Part shown: in pieces, positions 32,213 through 42,661 of the stretch | Layout of the letters: each line of letters starts with the position of its first letter | Numbering within the stretch: position 1 is the stretch's first letter | Source: Caecitellus pseudoparvulus | Lineage: Eukaryota > Protista > Bigyra: Bicosoecida | Direction: 5' to 3' | Length of the DNA stretch: 64,000 bases | NCBI GenBank assembly: GCA_965644315.1 | Contig: CBFFRQ010000032.1 | Location: forward strand, 496,001 to 560,000 | Made by a program: the position numbers and the translations under genes | Notes under the pieces: model-generated | Database searches by the model: none | What the model was told of the DNA's origin: nothing | The model's input: only the letters and a program-made list of their open reading frames with translations

Positions 32213-34802
32213 TCACTGCCGGCTGGGCGGGGGGGAGCGCCCACGGCCCGCGAAGGGGGGCCCGTCCGGGCCGGGGCGACCCCCCCACCGGTGAGTGAGC
32301 GGGGGGTGTGTCTGCTGCCGCTGCAGTTGCTGCGTTTGTCGGGAGGGGGGCGCCCAGCCCTGGTCGTACCTTCCTTGCCCTTGGCTTCGGGGGTCCGGGC
32401 GGTGTGGCGCCACCGCTGGTGCCGGCTCTCGCCGCAGGGCGGTGGCCTCCACATCCTCTGCAGTCACGCCTTCCCCCAGCAAGGCAAGGTTGCGGGGGCT
32501 GCGCGCCAGCAGTACGTGCCGCAGCAGCGCTCGCCCACGCACGACAGGCGGGGCAGACCCCCACCATGCCGCTGCGGAGCCAGGTGCGTGAGCGTACGCC
32601 ACACCCCCAGACTCGACGGGCACGACCAGGGACATGCTCTCAAGCTCCTTCTGCCGTGCAGCAACGACGCTGGCAGCCTCTGCTTCTGGGCTCGAGGCCG
32701 GGACGCTGGAAGGTGTCCCCTGCTCCTGGGAGGCGTCCTCAAGGGGCGCAGGGGGGGCCGTCAGGGGGGGGATGCGCCTCTCCCCCTGCGCCGCTGCCAG
32801 CGCTGCCCTGAGGGTGTACCCTGCGATGCGCGTGACAGGGTCGGCGGCGGCACCGCAAGGGTGCTGCAGCAGCTGCCGCATGCTGGCCAGCACCTCCTCC
32901 GGCACCTGGAAGGGGGAGCTGAAGCAAACAGGCCCCCAGGCCGCCAGCACTGCCGAGGTCGCCTTGCTCCACGCGGCATCTCGGGTGCCCCCCCCCTGCA
33001 CCGACGCCAGCGTGGTGCTGCACAGGGCACGCTGCACTGCCGAAGGCCATGTGCTGCGTGGCACCGCGGGTGGGGGGGGCTTGGGGGGGGCGCTGGGCGC
33101 AGCGCTGGCGGCTGGCTTGGGGGGCAGGTTTGGCGGCGTCGTCTGCTGAATGTCGGGGTCCAGCGCGGCGCTGCGCCCACCCCCCTCGCGCACCACGAAG
33201 ACCCCTTGCCCCTGCACATGCACAGGCACACGCAGGAAGTTGAACAGGGCGTGTGCCAGCGCCGTGGCTCGGCAGTGCAGGGTGGGGTGCAGTTGCCCGA
33301 TGGTGCTGACGGCAGTGGAGGGAGGGGGCGGCGGGGGAGGGGGCGGCACACTGGCTTGGAAGGCGGCCGTGGCCACGAGGGGCGTGCCGTCCCGCGACAC
33401 GATGCCCAGGGCCATGCCCGTCGTGCCCCACTCGGCGGAGGGGATGCTAGGCGGGCTCGCCTCAACGGCCCCCTTGGCCACATCGGTGCCTGGTTGACGG
33501 GGGTACCACGCCCCTCCCCGGCTGTGCAGCACCAAGTCACTGGCCTGGCGGCACAGACGCAAATCGAAGAAGCCTTCCGGAACGGTGGACAGCTGTGGAG
33601 TGGGCAGCTGCGCCGTGGCTGCGCCGCCCCCTGCCGGAGGTGAAGCGGAGGGTGGCGGCAGCAGGTCCACTGGGGATGGGATGTGCAGGGCAGGAGGGGG
33701 GGGGCTCTGCCCTGTCGTGGCTGCGTCGGCCGCAGCTGACAGGCAGGCGGCGATGAGGCCATAGTCGGGCTTCGCGTCGGGCTTGCAGCGCCTGAGGTGC
33801 TGCTGCCACACCAGCAGTGGCAGGGCGAGGGCGGGAGGCACTCCGTGCTGGGCGAGCAGAGCGCAGGGGTGCTCCGCATGGTGGCGCTTGAGTTTCAGCA
33901 CCCGCTCGTGCTTGGCGGAGCTGCTGATGCCAGTGGCGTTGCTGGCCTTGCGCCAGGGCGTGTCTGGCAGGGCCAGCTCCAGCACGGCGTACAGCAGCGA
34001 CCACATATCGTCTAGACGCCCGAGAGGCAGCTTGGCTAGGGCGCGCATGCTGGCGTAGCGAGAGGTGCCGAAGAAGCGGGTGGGCGTGGAGGACAGGGGC
34101 AGGGGGTTGCCAGCCTCGTCCACATACCGCCGTGCCAGTCCGAAGTCCAGGATGTTCAGGAAGGCGGCGGGGGTGAAGGGGGGGGGTGAGGGGCCCCCCA
34201 CCACCCCCTGCAGTGACGTGCAGAAATTGCTCGGCTTCACGTCCTGGTGGACAAAGCCCTCCCTGTGCAGGGCCTCCAGCGCCGTCAGCATCTGCAGCCC
34301 CATGTGGAAGGGCGCGCTACCTGCCAGGCGCTTGCCGGGCTGTGCCTTCCGCACTTGGGACAGGTTGGGGCCCAGGATCTGCATGACCAAGGCTGGAGAG
34401 GGCGGTGCCGAGGCGGGCAGGCCGACGTCTGCCGCGGGGAGCACCTCGAACAGGCGCGGGACAAAGGGGTACTTTTGCATGCGCTGCATGACTTCGCCTT
34501 CCAGCAAGAGTGTGGAGGCGGCATCTGAGGTGCGACGGGGGGGGCGTGAGAGACCTTTTGGCGTGCGGCTGAAGAGCGGGCAGTTCGCACCTGACGACTT
34601 CTCCAGCTTCACAGCGACGATTTCTGAGTTTGACGTGTTTACTGCGGAGAAGATCTCCGAATTTGTCCCCTGTGTGTGGAGGGTGGTCCCGCCTCTGCTT
34701 CCCCGCACATGCCTCTATTTCCGCTCGGCGCTCCAGACGCACCTCACCCAGCGGTCCCAGGATGCGGAACCGCCCTCCGACGGTGTCCCCGGTCTTTAGC
34801 AT
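32213..34802 (-). CDS. TTBK: Tau-tubulin kinase-like (CK1 superfamily) Ser/Thr kinase with Pro/Ala-rich C-terminal extension
   Basis: Exon 34802-34743 (MLKTGDTVGGRFRILGPLGE), then an exon from 34669 (GTNSEIF...VAVKLEK), and a probable in-frame 66-nt intron at 34590-34525. Motifs: LVMQILGPNLSQVRK, GFVHQDVKPSNF, ILDFGLARRY, FFGTSRYAS, GRLDDMWSLLY, PWRK, KPDY. Confidence 0.8.
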
Positions 34803-35724
34803 GGCGTAGTTAACTGCCTTGGCTGCGCACAGCCTCTGCCAAGCTCACTGCTTTGCGGGGGCGGGCGCCACCCACCACGCAGAGTGCCCGTTGCGGATTT
34901 TGCCTCTACCACACCTTCCCTTTGAGCCAAGCGGGCAATGCCAGCTCTTTGCAGGTGCGTCAACTTGTTGTGGTATTCAAGGCATTACTGTTTTGAATTT
35001 TCGACGCAGTGCTGTTTCTGCTGCAGTGCGGCTAGTCTTTCATAGGCTTGGCAAGCACTGCGCCTGTCAGATGGCCTGCAATTGCAGCTGGTCACCCACA
35101 CGGCACACGGTGATAGCCGCGCCATCGTACCGCCAGTGCCCTTGGAAAGAGTCAAAGTAGCTGTAGGGTGGTCGTGGTACTGTGCCTGTGCCAGTTTGGG
35201 GGCAGATCCATGCATTCTGCCTGAACAAGCAATGAAAAAGTGACTGCACTTTGGCAAAGTGCAGCTAGCTTTACTTGCTACAGTTGGGTGAATGAACAGA
35301 GGAGAACGGGACGCGTTAGTGGTAGAGGAGGTTTAGCCGGTGAGGAAGGCGTGCTGTGTGCAAATGCACAAGTCTTGCCGGCCCAGGCAAACGCCTCGCT
35401 GTCCCTGCCTCGAGCCGTCCACCGTTCATCGTGTCACGCCCGCCTGCGTGCTCGTCTTGCAGGCACTGCAGCGAGCTCGCGCTCAAACTCGGTCAACGAC
35501 AATGATGCCTTGCCCACTCTCGCAGCTGCAGCAAATCTGTACGTCCCATCTTATGTGCAAGGCCTTGCACTTGATTGCACGCGCTTTCATGATCAGCGTC
35601 TGCGTTTTGTGGGGCTGTTAGCTTGTCTCGCGTTCGCCGCGGTGCTGCGCCAGAGTGAGGCAAGTGTCACAAGTGGCCGTTTCGGGGCGTCTGTGGAGAC
35701 TCCCTTCCCAAGTTTCTGGCTGCC

Positions 35725-38700
35725 ATGGACCACGATGACTCTCAAGATGGAAGGTCCATGTTGTTTGCTTCCCTGGCGCCTTCTGCGGGCCCTGAGGACA
35801 CCCAAAGTGAAGGCATCCTGGCAGGCCTGTCGCCGTTCCCGGAATTTGGAGCCGCCAACCCAGCGCCACACGAGGAGGGGCCAGTGGACAAGAGCCGCAG
35901 GGAGTCGTTGCCTTTTTCTGTCTCCATGAGCATGTCCAGCCATTCCATGCTGCGCGAGAGGAGCTCTGCGAACGTGCAAACTGCCCGCAGCGGCAAAGCG
36001 GCAACGGCGCCAACGGCCGCTGGCTCCCCCCCACGTCCCAGCCCGCAGGCGGCGTCCGATGCGGCATTCGCAGAGGTGCTGGACGAAATTTCCACTATCG
36101 ACCTCACCTCTCCCGCAAAGCAGCGCAGCCGCAAGGCGTCTGTTGACGGTGGCCATGGTGAACCGGCAGGTGCGCTGCCAGGCGCAATTTCCGCAAGCTC
36201 TGCAGCTGCCACCTCTGAAGCCGCGGGCATGCAGAGCGCCGGGCAGCTGAGGCTGGCAGACCTGCACCACCCTGGCATTGTGCCTGCCACGCCCCACACT
36301 GCACGCATGGTGGCTGACTTCGACAGGAAGCTGAACGCGCTGGTGTGGAGCCCGACGGTTGGCTCTGGCGAGCTCGGTGTTGACACTCCCCGGTCCACAA
36401 GCGGCAGCGAAGTGCTGACTGCGTCATCCCACGGAGCCACACCGTCCAGTGCCTGTGTGGGGGACATGTCTGACGCGGCGCTGGCTGCCTTGGCTGGCGA
36501 GGCTGCCTTCTCCCCCCTCCCGCCCGGTTCTGCCAGTGGCCTGTCTTTCGAGGAGGCGGTCACCACAGCCGCTGCTGTGAAGGAGCAGTCCCGAGAAGGG
36601 GAGACCGGGGGCCCCGACGGCATGGATCAGCTGTCCTTTGTGTCTGAAATCACCCAGGTGAGCGAGGAGGGGGGCACCGGCCACGGCGCCACGCCCCATG
36701 CCACGCCCACCCTGCTCAACACGCCCCCCTCTGGCGGCACGATGAGTCTGGGCACCGGCACATCCTCCAGCTCCGGCACGACCCCACCTGGGGCCAACTC
36801 GGCGCGAGGTACACCCGTGGCACCCCACAGTGCCACCTGCATCCCCTCAGCCCTCCCCTCCCTGCCCGAGGCCGGCGTGGAGGATGAGGAGGAGGAGGAG
36901 GAGGAGGAGGAGGATGGGTCTCCCCAGCCGAGGGTGTGGCACGGCACGCCCCCCATGGCGCAGGCGCCGCCAGTCTGCTCGTCGAGGTCCAGCAGCACCG
37001 CTGAGCCAGCGGCAGAAGTGGTCACGCCCTCCACGCGCTCAAGCCGGCCCACGCCCCCCCCAGCCCAGCACGCCCCGACACAGAGGGGCGAGGAAGGGGT
37101 GCAGGAGGTGCACAGCCAGCCAGGAGGCGTCCAGGAGGGGGGCAGCGACCCCTGGGACTGGGACGTGCCCAACGCCCTGCAGGAGGGGCAGGAGTCGGGG
37201 GATGACAGCGATGCCAGTGTGTACGTGAGCGGGGCGGCGGCAGAAGCGCTGCTGCAGGCGGCGGCTGAGGACATTGAGGACGCTCACCGCTTTCAAATCG
37301 GCCAGCGGGAGCTGCAGGAGCAGTCAGGTGCCGACCTCAGCGGCGTGCTGCCTGCCACCTCCTTCGGCGCCAGCCCCGCGACATCCACGGCATCCTCAGC
37401 TAGCTCGGGCGGAGAGGGCGGCTTCACGCCCTTCTTCCAGCAGCAGTCAGGGCCCATGGGCAGCCTGTCTGGCAAGGCCACCACTGCCCGGCGCCCTGCC
37501 TTTGCGTCAGCAGCGGGGGGGCAGCCTCATGGTGTCCAGCCTGCACAGGCTCGGCAGGCAGGTGGACGACCTCGCCGGCGCCTGGCTCGCACGCCAGGGG
37601 CAGGCAGCCCCGCCCACACGAGCGAGCCGGCTCCCGCGGAGGGCGCGACGCCACCACAGTCTCCTCCCCAGGCGGGGGGGGACACCCCCCCTGCCTTGGA
37701 AGCCCAGCCCCGTGCGTCCAGCGTCCCCCCCCGCCGGAGCGTGGCCTCACCGCACACGCTGGCCACCACAGCCCGCACCGTGGCTCGCAGTAGCACGCCC
37801 CCCCCCTCACGGCACGCTGGACTGGACAGCAGCCCACAGCCCACTCCTGCGCTTACCCTGCCCCGACCCGGGCCCGCGGCGACGCCCCTCGCCAACCCAT
37901 CAGCCACCCCCCAGCGCCCCCTGCTCCGTCCGCGCCCGAGCTCTCAGGCGCGCAACGCCCAGCCACCACAGCAACACCGCGCAGAACACCGAACGGCCAC
38001 TGATGTGACGCGAGATGCGGCGGCTGACCGTGTTCCAGATGGTGTTCCGGCCCCCACGGTCCCGCGCCTGGACGCTTCCCCGCCCACACAGCCCACCACC
38101 CTTGCACCGGCGAAGCCTCCGACAGTGTCTTCCACGGCAGCCGGGCGCAACGCTGAGGCAGCCCAACCTCCCCACCGCCATGTCCTGGCATGCATTCTCC
38201 AAGTGCCTCGCGCCTCGGCGGGGTGTGAGCTGCGCGCAAGCGCAGGGCAGCCCGCCACCGTGCACTTCCCTGTGCGGGCTGCCTTTGAGCACCGCCACTC
38301 CGCGTGTGATGTCACGCTGCAGGCGAGCCTGCGCCTGGAGGACTCCTGCCCCGGCCTCCTGGCCCCTGCCCTGACAGTGTCGCCTTCCGCGACGCGACTC
38401 TCACTGCAGGGGGGACACCTGCACACGGCAGCGGCGCAGGTGAGCGTCACTGCCAGTGTCTCGACCCGCCTGGCTCAGCAATTGCCGGGGCGGTGTACGG
38501 TGTTCGTGGACCTGCGGGCAGTGGACGGGCATGGGACTGCCACTGCTCCGTGTGCCGTGCCCATTCAGCTGGTGCTGGAGGCGCCACCGCAGCCTGCCCC
38601 AACGCCAGCAGCACAAGAAGCCCTGTCTGTGTCTGACGATGCCAGCACAGTGCACCAGTCGCTGGATGTCAGCGCCGCACCCTCTGCGGTGGACACGAGC

Positions 38701-41700
38701 GTGGACGTGTCTGTCGCGTCAGTGGAGGGGGACGGGGACGTGACGCAGTGCACCGTCACCACTGTGGGCGGCGGTATCGACGTGGCAGGAGCATGCAAGG
38801 AAGCACTCCGCTCTGTCTTGGCAGCGTGCAAGGTGGCTGGTCTGGTGGTGGGCATGCGCGTCAGCGGGGCGGGGGTCACCCTGCGCCCCCCCCGCCACGC
38901 TGCTGAGCTGCACCTGCCTGCGGCCGCTGCCCACACCACACAGGTGTGTACGGTGCAGCTGCAGAGCAGCCTGCTCTTCGCCGTGCGTCGCTCCACCAAG
39001 CGCAGTGGCAGTCGGCGACCCAGTGCCCGGTGCGAACGCCAGGCCATTGCCGCGCTGCGCGATTTCTTGGGAGTCTGGATGAGCGGCGCGCGGGGCGCTG
39101 GCGTGCGCGTGGATGTGGCGAGCAGCGTGCAGCCAGCGCCACAGGACCCGGCCACGCCGACGCCACACCTGCTGTCGTTCCCCGAGCCGGGTACATCCGA
39201 GGGTGGTGCTGCCACCCCTGCCCCCGCTCTGTCCCTGCCCAAGGCCGAAGGCACCGTCATCCTCACACCCTCCCTGCACTTGCTGCCGCAGGAGGAGGGC
39301 GAGGAGGCGCCGCCCGGGTCCCTGGCCAGCTTCACAGTGTCTGCCACGGCGCAGTCCGCCCTGTCCACGGCCGTGCAGGGCCGGGCGCGCGGCCCCGGTG
39401 CTGCGCGTGCCAGGCTGCAGTGGGTGGTGCTGGGCCTGGCCCTGCGCGGCCTGGCCCCCTGGCCCTGCCTCGTGCAGTGGGCGCTGGGCGGAGGCAACAC
39501 CGCTCAGGTGGTGCCCCGCCAGTGCAACGGCGGGGGCTGGTTCCGGCTGTCCCACCTGGACCGCCCGCCACGCGTGCGAGCCGTGTCCGCTGCCACCGCC
39601 GACGCCTGGCCCGTCACCTGCCCCTTGCTCGTGTGGGCTGGCGCCGCAGACGTGTCTGCCTCCCTGCTCCCAGGCGGCGGCGCGGTGCGGGTCTTCAACG
39701 GCGGCACGCGCACCGCCTTCCTGTGCACGGCAGGGAGCGAGGACCCCGTGGAGCCCCAGGCGCTCCTGCTGCCCCCCGGCAACTCTGCCGTGCTGCAGGT
39801 GAGGGACATGTCTGACGCCAGCATGCTGACGGAGGCAGGCGAGGCGTCCCTACGAGTGCCAGTGTCTCTGCTGTGGGGCACCGAGGCTGGTCGGCGCCGG
39901 TGGGCGTACCGCCTGGCCTGTGCGGCCGGCACTGTCGGCTCCACTCCCCGCGGCATGAAGCGCCTCTTGCGGTGCGGAGCGCTCTCGCAAGGCGGTGTGG
40001 AGCATCGCCTGCTCACGGTCCTGCCCTTCTTGGATGAGGGCACGCCTGCCTCGGCGGCTCAGTGTCTCGCCAAGCCGCCACCGCACGTGGCACCGGAACT
40101 GGCGGTGCAGAGCCCAGAAGGCACGACGTGCTCGCCTGGAGTGGGGCCGACTCCCTGGCACGCCACGACGGTTGTCGTGACGCGGCCGTTGGGCGGAGAA
40201 CACAGCCATCGTGACGGCGCCAGCCCACACTCCAGCCTGTGTGCCTCTGACGTGGAGGATGTGGAGACACTCGGCAGCCAGCCCACACCCGAGTGCAGCA
40301 GCCTCCCTAGTCCCAGGGCAGTGCCTGCTGTGCCATCGCAGGGAACAAGCACAGTGGCAGACTCGCCAGGGCCAGCCGCCCTCCACAGCACGCCAACTGG
40401 GACCCCAGAGGATGCCGCTGACACTGTGGGGGGCAGCGACCACACAGGCAGACATGGCGACGCCAGCAGGGCTGAAGGGGGGGCTCAGGTCGTGGACACG
40501 GTGGCTCTGCAGCCGCGCGCATCGCCCCCTCAGCCGCTGCCTCCCTCCCTGCTGCACCCTTCCTCGACACGCCCAGCAGCCGTGCTGCGCCAGTTCACGC
40601 AGCGCCCACAGGAAGGGGGGTCTGTGCGCCACCCGCAGTCTGAGACTTCCCCCCTGCGTCACTTGCGGGAACAGCTGACGGTGGCTGCTGAGCAAGCGCG
40701 TGGCTTCACGGCGCACCCCATGCCGACAGGAGAAGTGACTGCCACCACGGCTGTGTCAGATGCAGTCTCGGACTTCTTGGCAGGCATGCCCACCGACACG
40801 CTCAGCATCAGTAGTGTGGACCTGTCGGAGGACGGCTTGGGCGTGTTGGGCGCCGTGGGTGAGCTGGCCCAGCTGCTGCCAGCACGTCAACGGGAGGCAC
40901 CGGCAGACGGCCCCAGCGCAAGCGGCGGCCAAGGACACGCAGCAGCGCGCTGTGTTTCTTGGGCCAGCAGCACCTGCAGCGACGTAGGGGAGGCGGAGGC
41001 GGCTGCGGCAGCGACCCCCCCCGAGCCCCACGCGACGCCCAGCGACGTTGGCAGCAGCGTGTCTCGATCAGGCCCCGCCCAGGCGCCAGCTCCCGCCCCG
41101 CCACGCCCCGTGGACATTGCTGCGACCAGTCCCAACTGGTACGTGCACCCAGAGTGTGCTGCGGTGACGTGGCGTGGGGGGCTCCGCTCAGGCCCAGCAC
41201 TGCGCCTCGTCAACCGCGGCCCCACGGCCGTGCACCTGGCCTTCGCAGCCACTGTGCCCTGGTTCGCCCCCGAGCCAGCCTTCGGGACGCTGCCTGCGCA
41301 CAGCTCCCTCACCGTCGTCCTACGCCAGGCGGCAGGGGACGCCGCTCCCTTGCTGCAGCACGTGGCGGCTGCCGCCGGTGGCGGGGACAGTGTGGACAAC
41401 CAGGCCTTGGTCGCGGCGGTCAACTGCGAGGGGGGCGGGCGCCTGTCCAAGTCGCTGGGCACCTTCGTGTGTGCCCTGGGCGTGGTGCCGCTGCCACTCT
41501 CTGCCGCAGGGCGTGGCGTGCATGCGGCCGTGAGCGGTGACTCGCTCGCCTTCGCACAGGTGGTGCGCGTGACCCTCACACGCAGCGCACTGCAGGACAT
41601 GGGCGTCGCCGAGGCAGTGGGCCTGCAGGACGCCTCCTTCTCCACTGCGGGGGATGCCACCGCCACCACCGCCTCCTTCGCCGCCTCCCTCTCCACGCTC

Positions 41701-42654
41701 TCACTGGGCACCGGCCGCCCTCGCCGCAACGTATCGGACAGCGCCACCCAGACTGAGCAGGAGCAAGCTGCCTTTCCTCCCAGCCCCGCCTCGTCAGCGA
41801 CAGAGTCTGCGCGTATGGGCGAGACGGGTGTGCAGATTGTACACTCTGAGCCGTCTCCCGTGCGGGAGCGGGCATCACCTGCTGCGCCCACGTCCACGCG
41901 CAGCGGCACACCAACAGGCACGCCGCAGCACAGCACGGTGCGCACAACACCCACCCCCCCTTCGTCAGGCGGCACGGGTGCTGGGGACAGCCTCGCAGAG
42001 GTGCGGCTGGGCGACTCGTGGAGCAGCTTGGGCGCCGCCTCTGCTTCTCGCTTGCCCCACCTCCTGGCACTGCGGGCACGGCTGTCCACGCCCTGCCCCC
42101 CCTCGCCAGCGTCACCTCCTGCTCTGCCACCTCAGCGCTGCCTGGTGCAGCCACTGCCGCAGCGAGTGCGGTTAGTGGCCCCCGCCACTCCAAGCTCGCC
42201 TGCGGCAAGTCCCCCCCCTGCCACCCGCCGTGACGCCGCCACATCTCCCAGCCACCGCACTCCGCAGCAGGATGCCACCCCTGCGAAGCACTTGCGATGC
42301 ATTACCTTCGCGCCAGCTGCTGAGGGGCAGGTGTCTCGAGTGCGGGTGCAGGTGTGCAACAGGGGTGGGCAACCCGTCACAGCCACCGTGCAACTGAGCG
42401 TCTTGCTGCGCCAGGAAGGCGAAATGGTCGTGTCGCCACTGCGGAACCGACACTGCGCCTTCTTCGTGAAGCCGCAACATGCCTGCTTCACCATCCAGCC
42501 TGGCACCTTCGCCATGCTGCCCGTGTACTTCTGCCCCTCTCGCAGCGACAGTGTCAGCCGGGCTGTACTGCGTGTGGCCAGTCTGGGCACAGACGGAGCC
42601 ACGCGGCACCTGCACGCGGAGGCCTTGCTAGTGGGCGCCACAGCTCGCTCGTGA
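35725..42654 (+). CDS. CEP192: CEP192/Spd-2-like centrosomal scaffold (2,309 aa) with C-terminal ASH/PapD-like Ig folds
   Basis: Intronless ORF with a long S/T/P-rich acidic disordered N-terminus. The segment VRVFNGGTRTAFL...VEPQALLLPPGNSAVLQV...VSLLWGTEAGRRRW (~39685-39903) resembles the Spd-2 region NxGxRxAF...GxExxR. ASH-like domains occur at ~41137-41330 (LRLVNRG...PEPAFGTLPAHSSLTVVL) and ~42290-42650 (VQVCNRG...FFVKPQHACFTIQPGTFAMLPVYFCP). Confidence 0.65.
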   Translation: MDHDDSQDGRSMLFASLAPSAGPEDTQSEGILAGLSPFPEFGAANPAPHEEGPVDKSRRESLPFSVSMSMSSHSMLRERSSANVQTARSGKAATAPTAAGSPPRPSPQAASDAAFAEVLDEISTIDLTSPAKQRSRKASVDGGHGEPAGALPGAISASSAAATSEAAGMQSAGQLRLADLHHPGIVPATPHTARMVADFDRKLNALVWSPTVGSGELGVDTPRSTSGSEVLTASSHGATPSSACVGDMSDAALAALAGEAAFSPLPPGSASGLSFEEAVTTAAAVKEQSREGETGGPDGMDQLSFVSEITQVSEEGGTGHGATPHATPTLLNTPPSGGTMSLGTGTSSSSGTTPPGANSARGTPVAPHSATCIPSALPSLPEAGVEDEEEEEEEEEDGSPQPRVWHGTPPMAQAPPVCSSRSSSTAEPAAEVVTPSTRSSRPTPPPAQHAPTQRGEEGVQEVHSQPGGVQEGGSDPWDWDVPNALQEGQESGDDSDASVYVSGAAAEALLQAAAEDIEDAHRFQIGQRELQEQSGADLSGVLPATSFGASPATSTASSASSGGEGGFTPFFQQQSGPMGSLSGKATTARRPAFASAAGGQPHGVQPAQARQAGGRPRRRLARTPGAGSPAHTSEPAPAEGATPPQSPPQAGGDTPPALEAQPRASSVPPRRSVASPHTLATTARTVARSSTPPPSRHAGLDSSPQPTPALTLPRPGPAATPLANPSATPQRPLLRPRPSSQARNAQPPQQHRAEHRTATDVTRDAAADRVPDGVPAPTVPRLDASPPTQPTTLAPAKPPTVSSTAAGRNAEAAQPPHRHVLACILQVPRASAGCELRASAGQPATVHFPVRAAFEHRHSACDVTLQASLRLEDSCPGLLAPALTVSPSATRLSLQGGHLHTAAAQVSVTASVSTRLAQQLPGRCTVFVDLRAVDGHGTATAPCAVPIQLVLEAPPQPAPTPAAQEALSVSDDASTVHQSLDVSAAPSAVDTSVDVSVASVEGDGDVTQCTVTTVGGGIDVAGACKEALRSVLAACKVAGLVVGMRVSGAGVTLRPPRHAAELHLPAAAAHTTQVCTVQLQSSLLFAVRRSTKRSGSRRPSARCERQAIAALRDFLGVWMSGARGAGVRVDVASSVQPAPQDPATPTPHLLSFPEPGTSEGGAATPAPALSLPKAEGTVILTPSLHLLPQEEGEEAPPGSLASFTVSATAQSALSTAVQGRARGPGAARARLQWVVLGLALRGLAPWPCLVQWALGGGNTAQVVPRQCNGGGWFRLSHLDRPPRVRAVSAATADAWPVTCPLLVWAGAADVSASLLPGGGAVRVFNGGTRTAFLCTAGSEDPVEPQALLLPPGNSAVLQVRDMSDASMLTEAGEASLRVPVSLLWGTEAGRRRWAYRLACAAGTVGSTPRGMKRLLRCGALSQGGVEHRLLTVLPFLDEGTPASAAQCLAKPPPHVAPELAVQSPEGTTCSPGVGPTPWHATTVVVTRPLGGEHSHRDGASPHSSLCASDVEDVETLGSQPTPECSSLPSPRAVPAVPSQGTSTVADSPGPAALHSTPTGTPEDAADTVGGSDHTGRHGDASRAEGGAQVVDTVALQPRASPPQPLPPSLLHPSSTRPAAVLRQFTQRPQEGGSVRHPQSETSPLRHLREQLTVAAEQARGFTAHPMPTGEVTATTAVSDAVSDFLAGMPTDTLSISSVDLSEDGLGVLGAVGELAQLLPARQREAPADGPSASGGQGHAAARCVSWASSTCSDVGEAEAAAAATPPEPHATPSDVGSSVSRSGPAQAPAPAPPRPVDIAATSPNWYVHPECAAVTWRGGLRSGPALRLVNRGPTAVHLAFAATVPWFAPEPAFGTLPAHSSLTVVLRQAAGDAAPLLQHVAAAAGGGDSVDNQALVAAVNCEGGGRLSKSLGTFVCALGVVPLPLSAAGRGVHAAVSGDSLAFAQVVRVTLTRSALQDMGVAEAVGLQDASFSTAGDATATTASFAASLSTLSLGTGRPRRNVSDSATQTEQEQAAFPPSPASSATESARMGETGVQIVHSEPSPVRERASPAAPTSTRSGTPTGTPQHSTVRTTPTPPSSGGTGAGDSLAEVRLGDSWSSLGAASASRLPHLLALRARLSTPCPPSPASPPALPPQRCLVQPLPQRVRLVAPATPSSPAASPPPATRRDAATSPSHRTPQQDATPAKHLRCITFAPAAEGQVSRVRVQVCNRGGQPVTATVQLSVLLRQEGEMVVSPLRNRHCAFFVKPQHACFTIQPGTFAMLPVYFCPSRSDSVSRAVLRVASLGTDGATRHLHAEALLVGATARS
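36886..36912 (+). repeat. (GAG)9 trinucleotide repeat encoding poly-Glu in the CEP192-like gene
   Basis: Nine perfect GAG units flanked by GAT codons (EDEEEEEEEEED). Confidence 0.95.
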
Positions 42655-42661
42655 ATGCACG

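Noticed and set aside
34819-35720. Short ORFs and a possible GT-AG intron in the kinase/CEP192 spacer
   Set aside because: There is no recognisable protein motif or coding-like codon bias, so I treated it as divergent promoter/UTR sequence.
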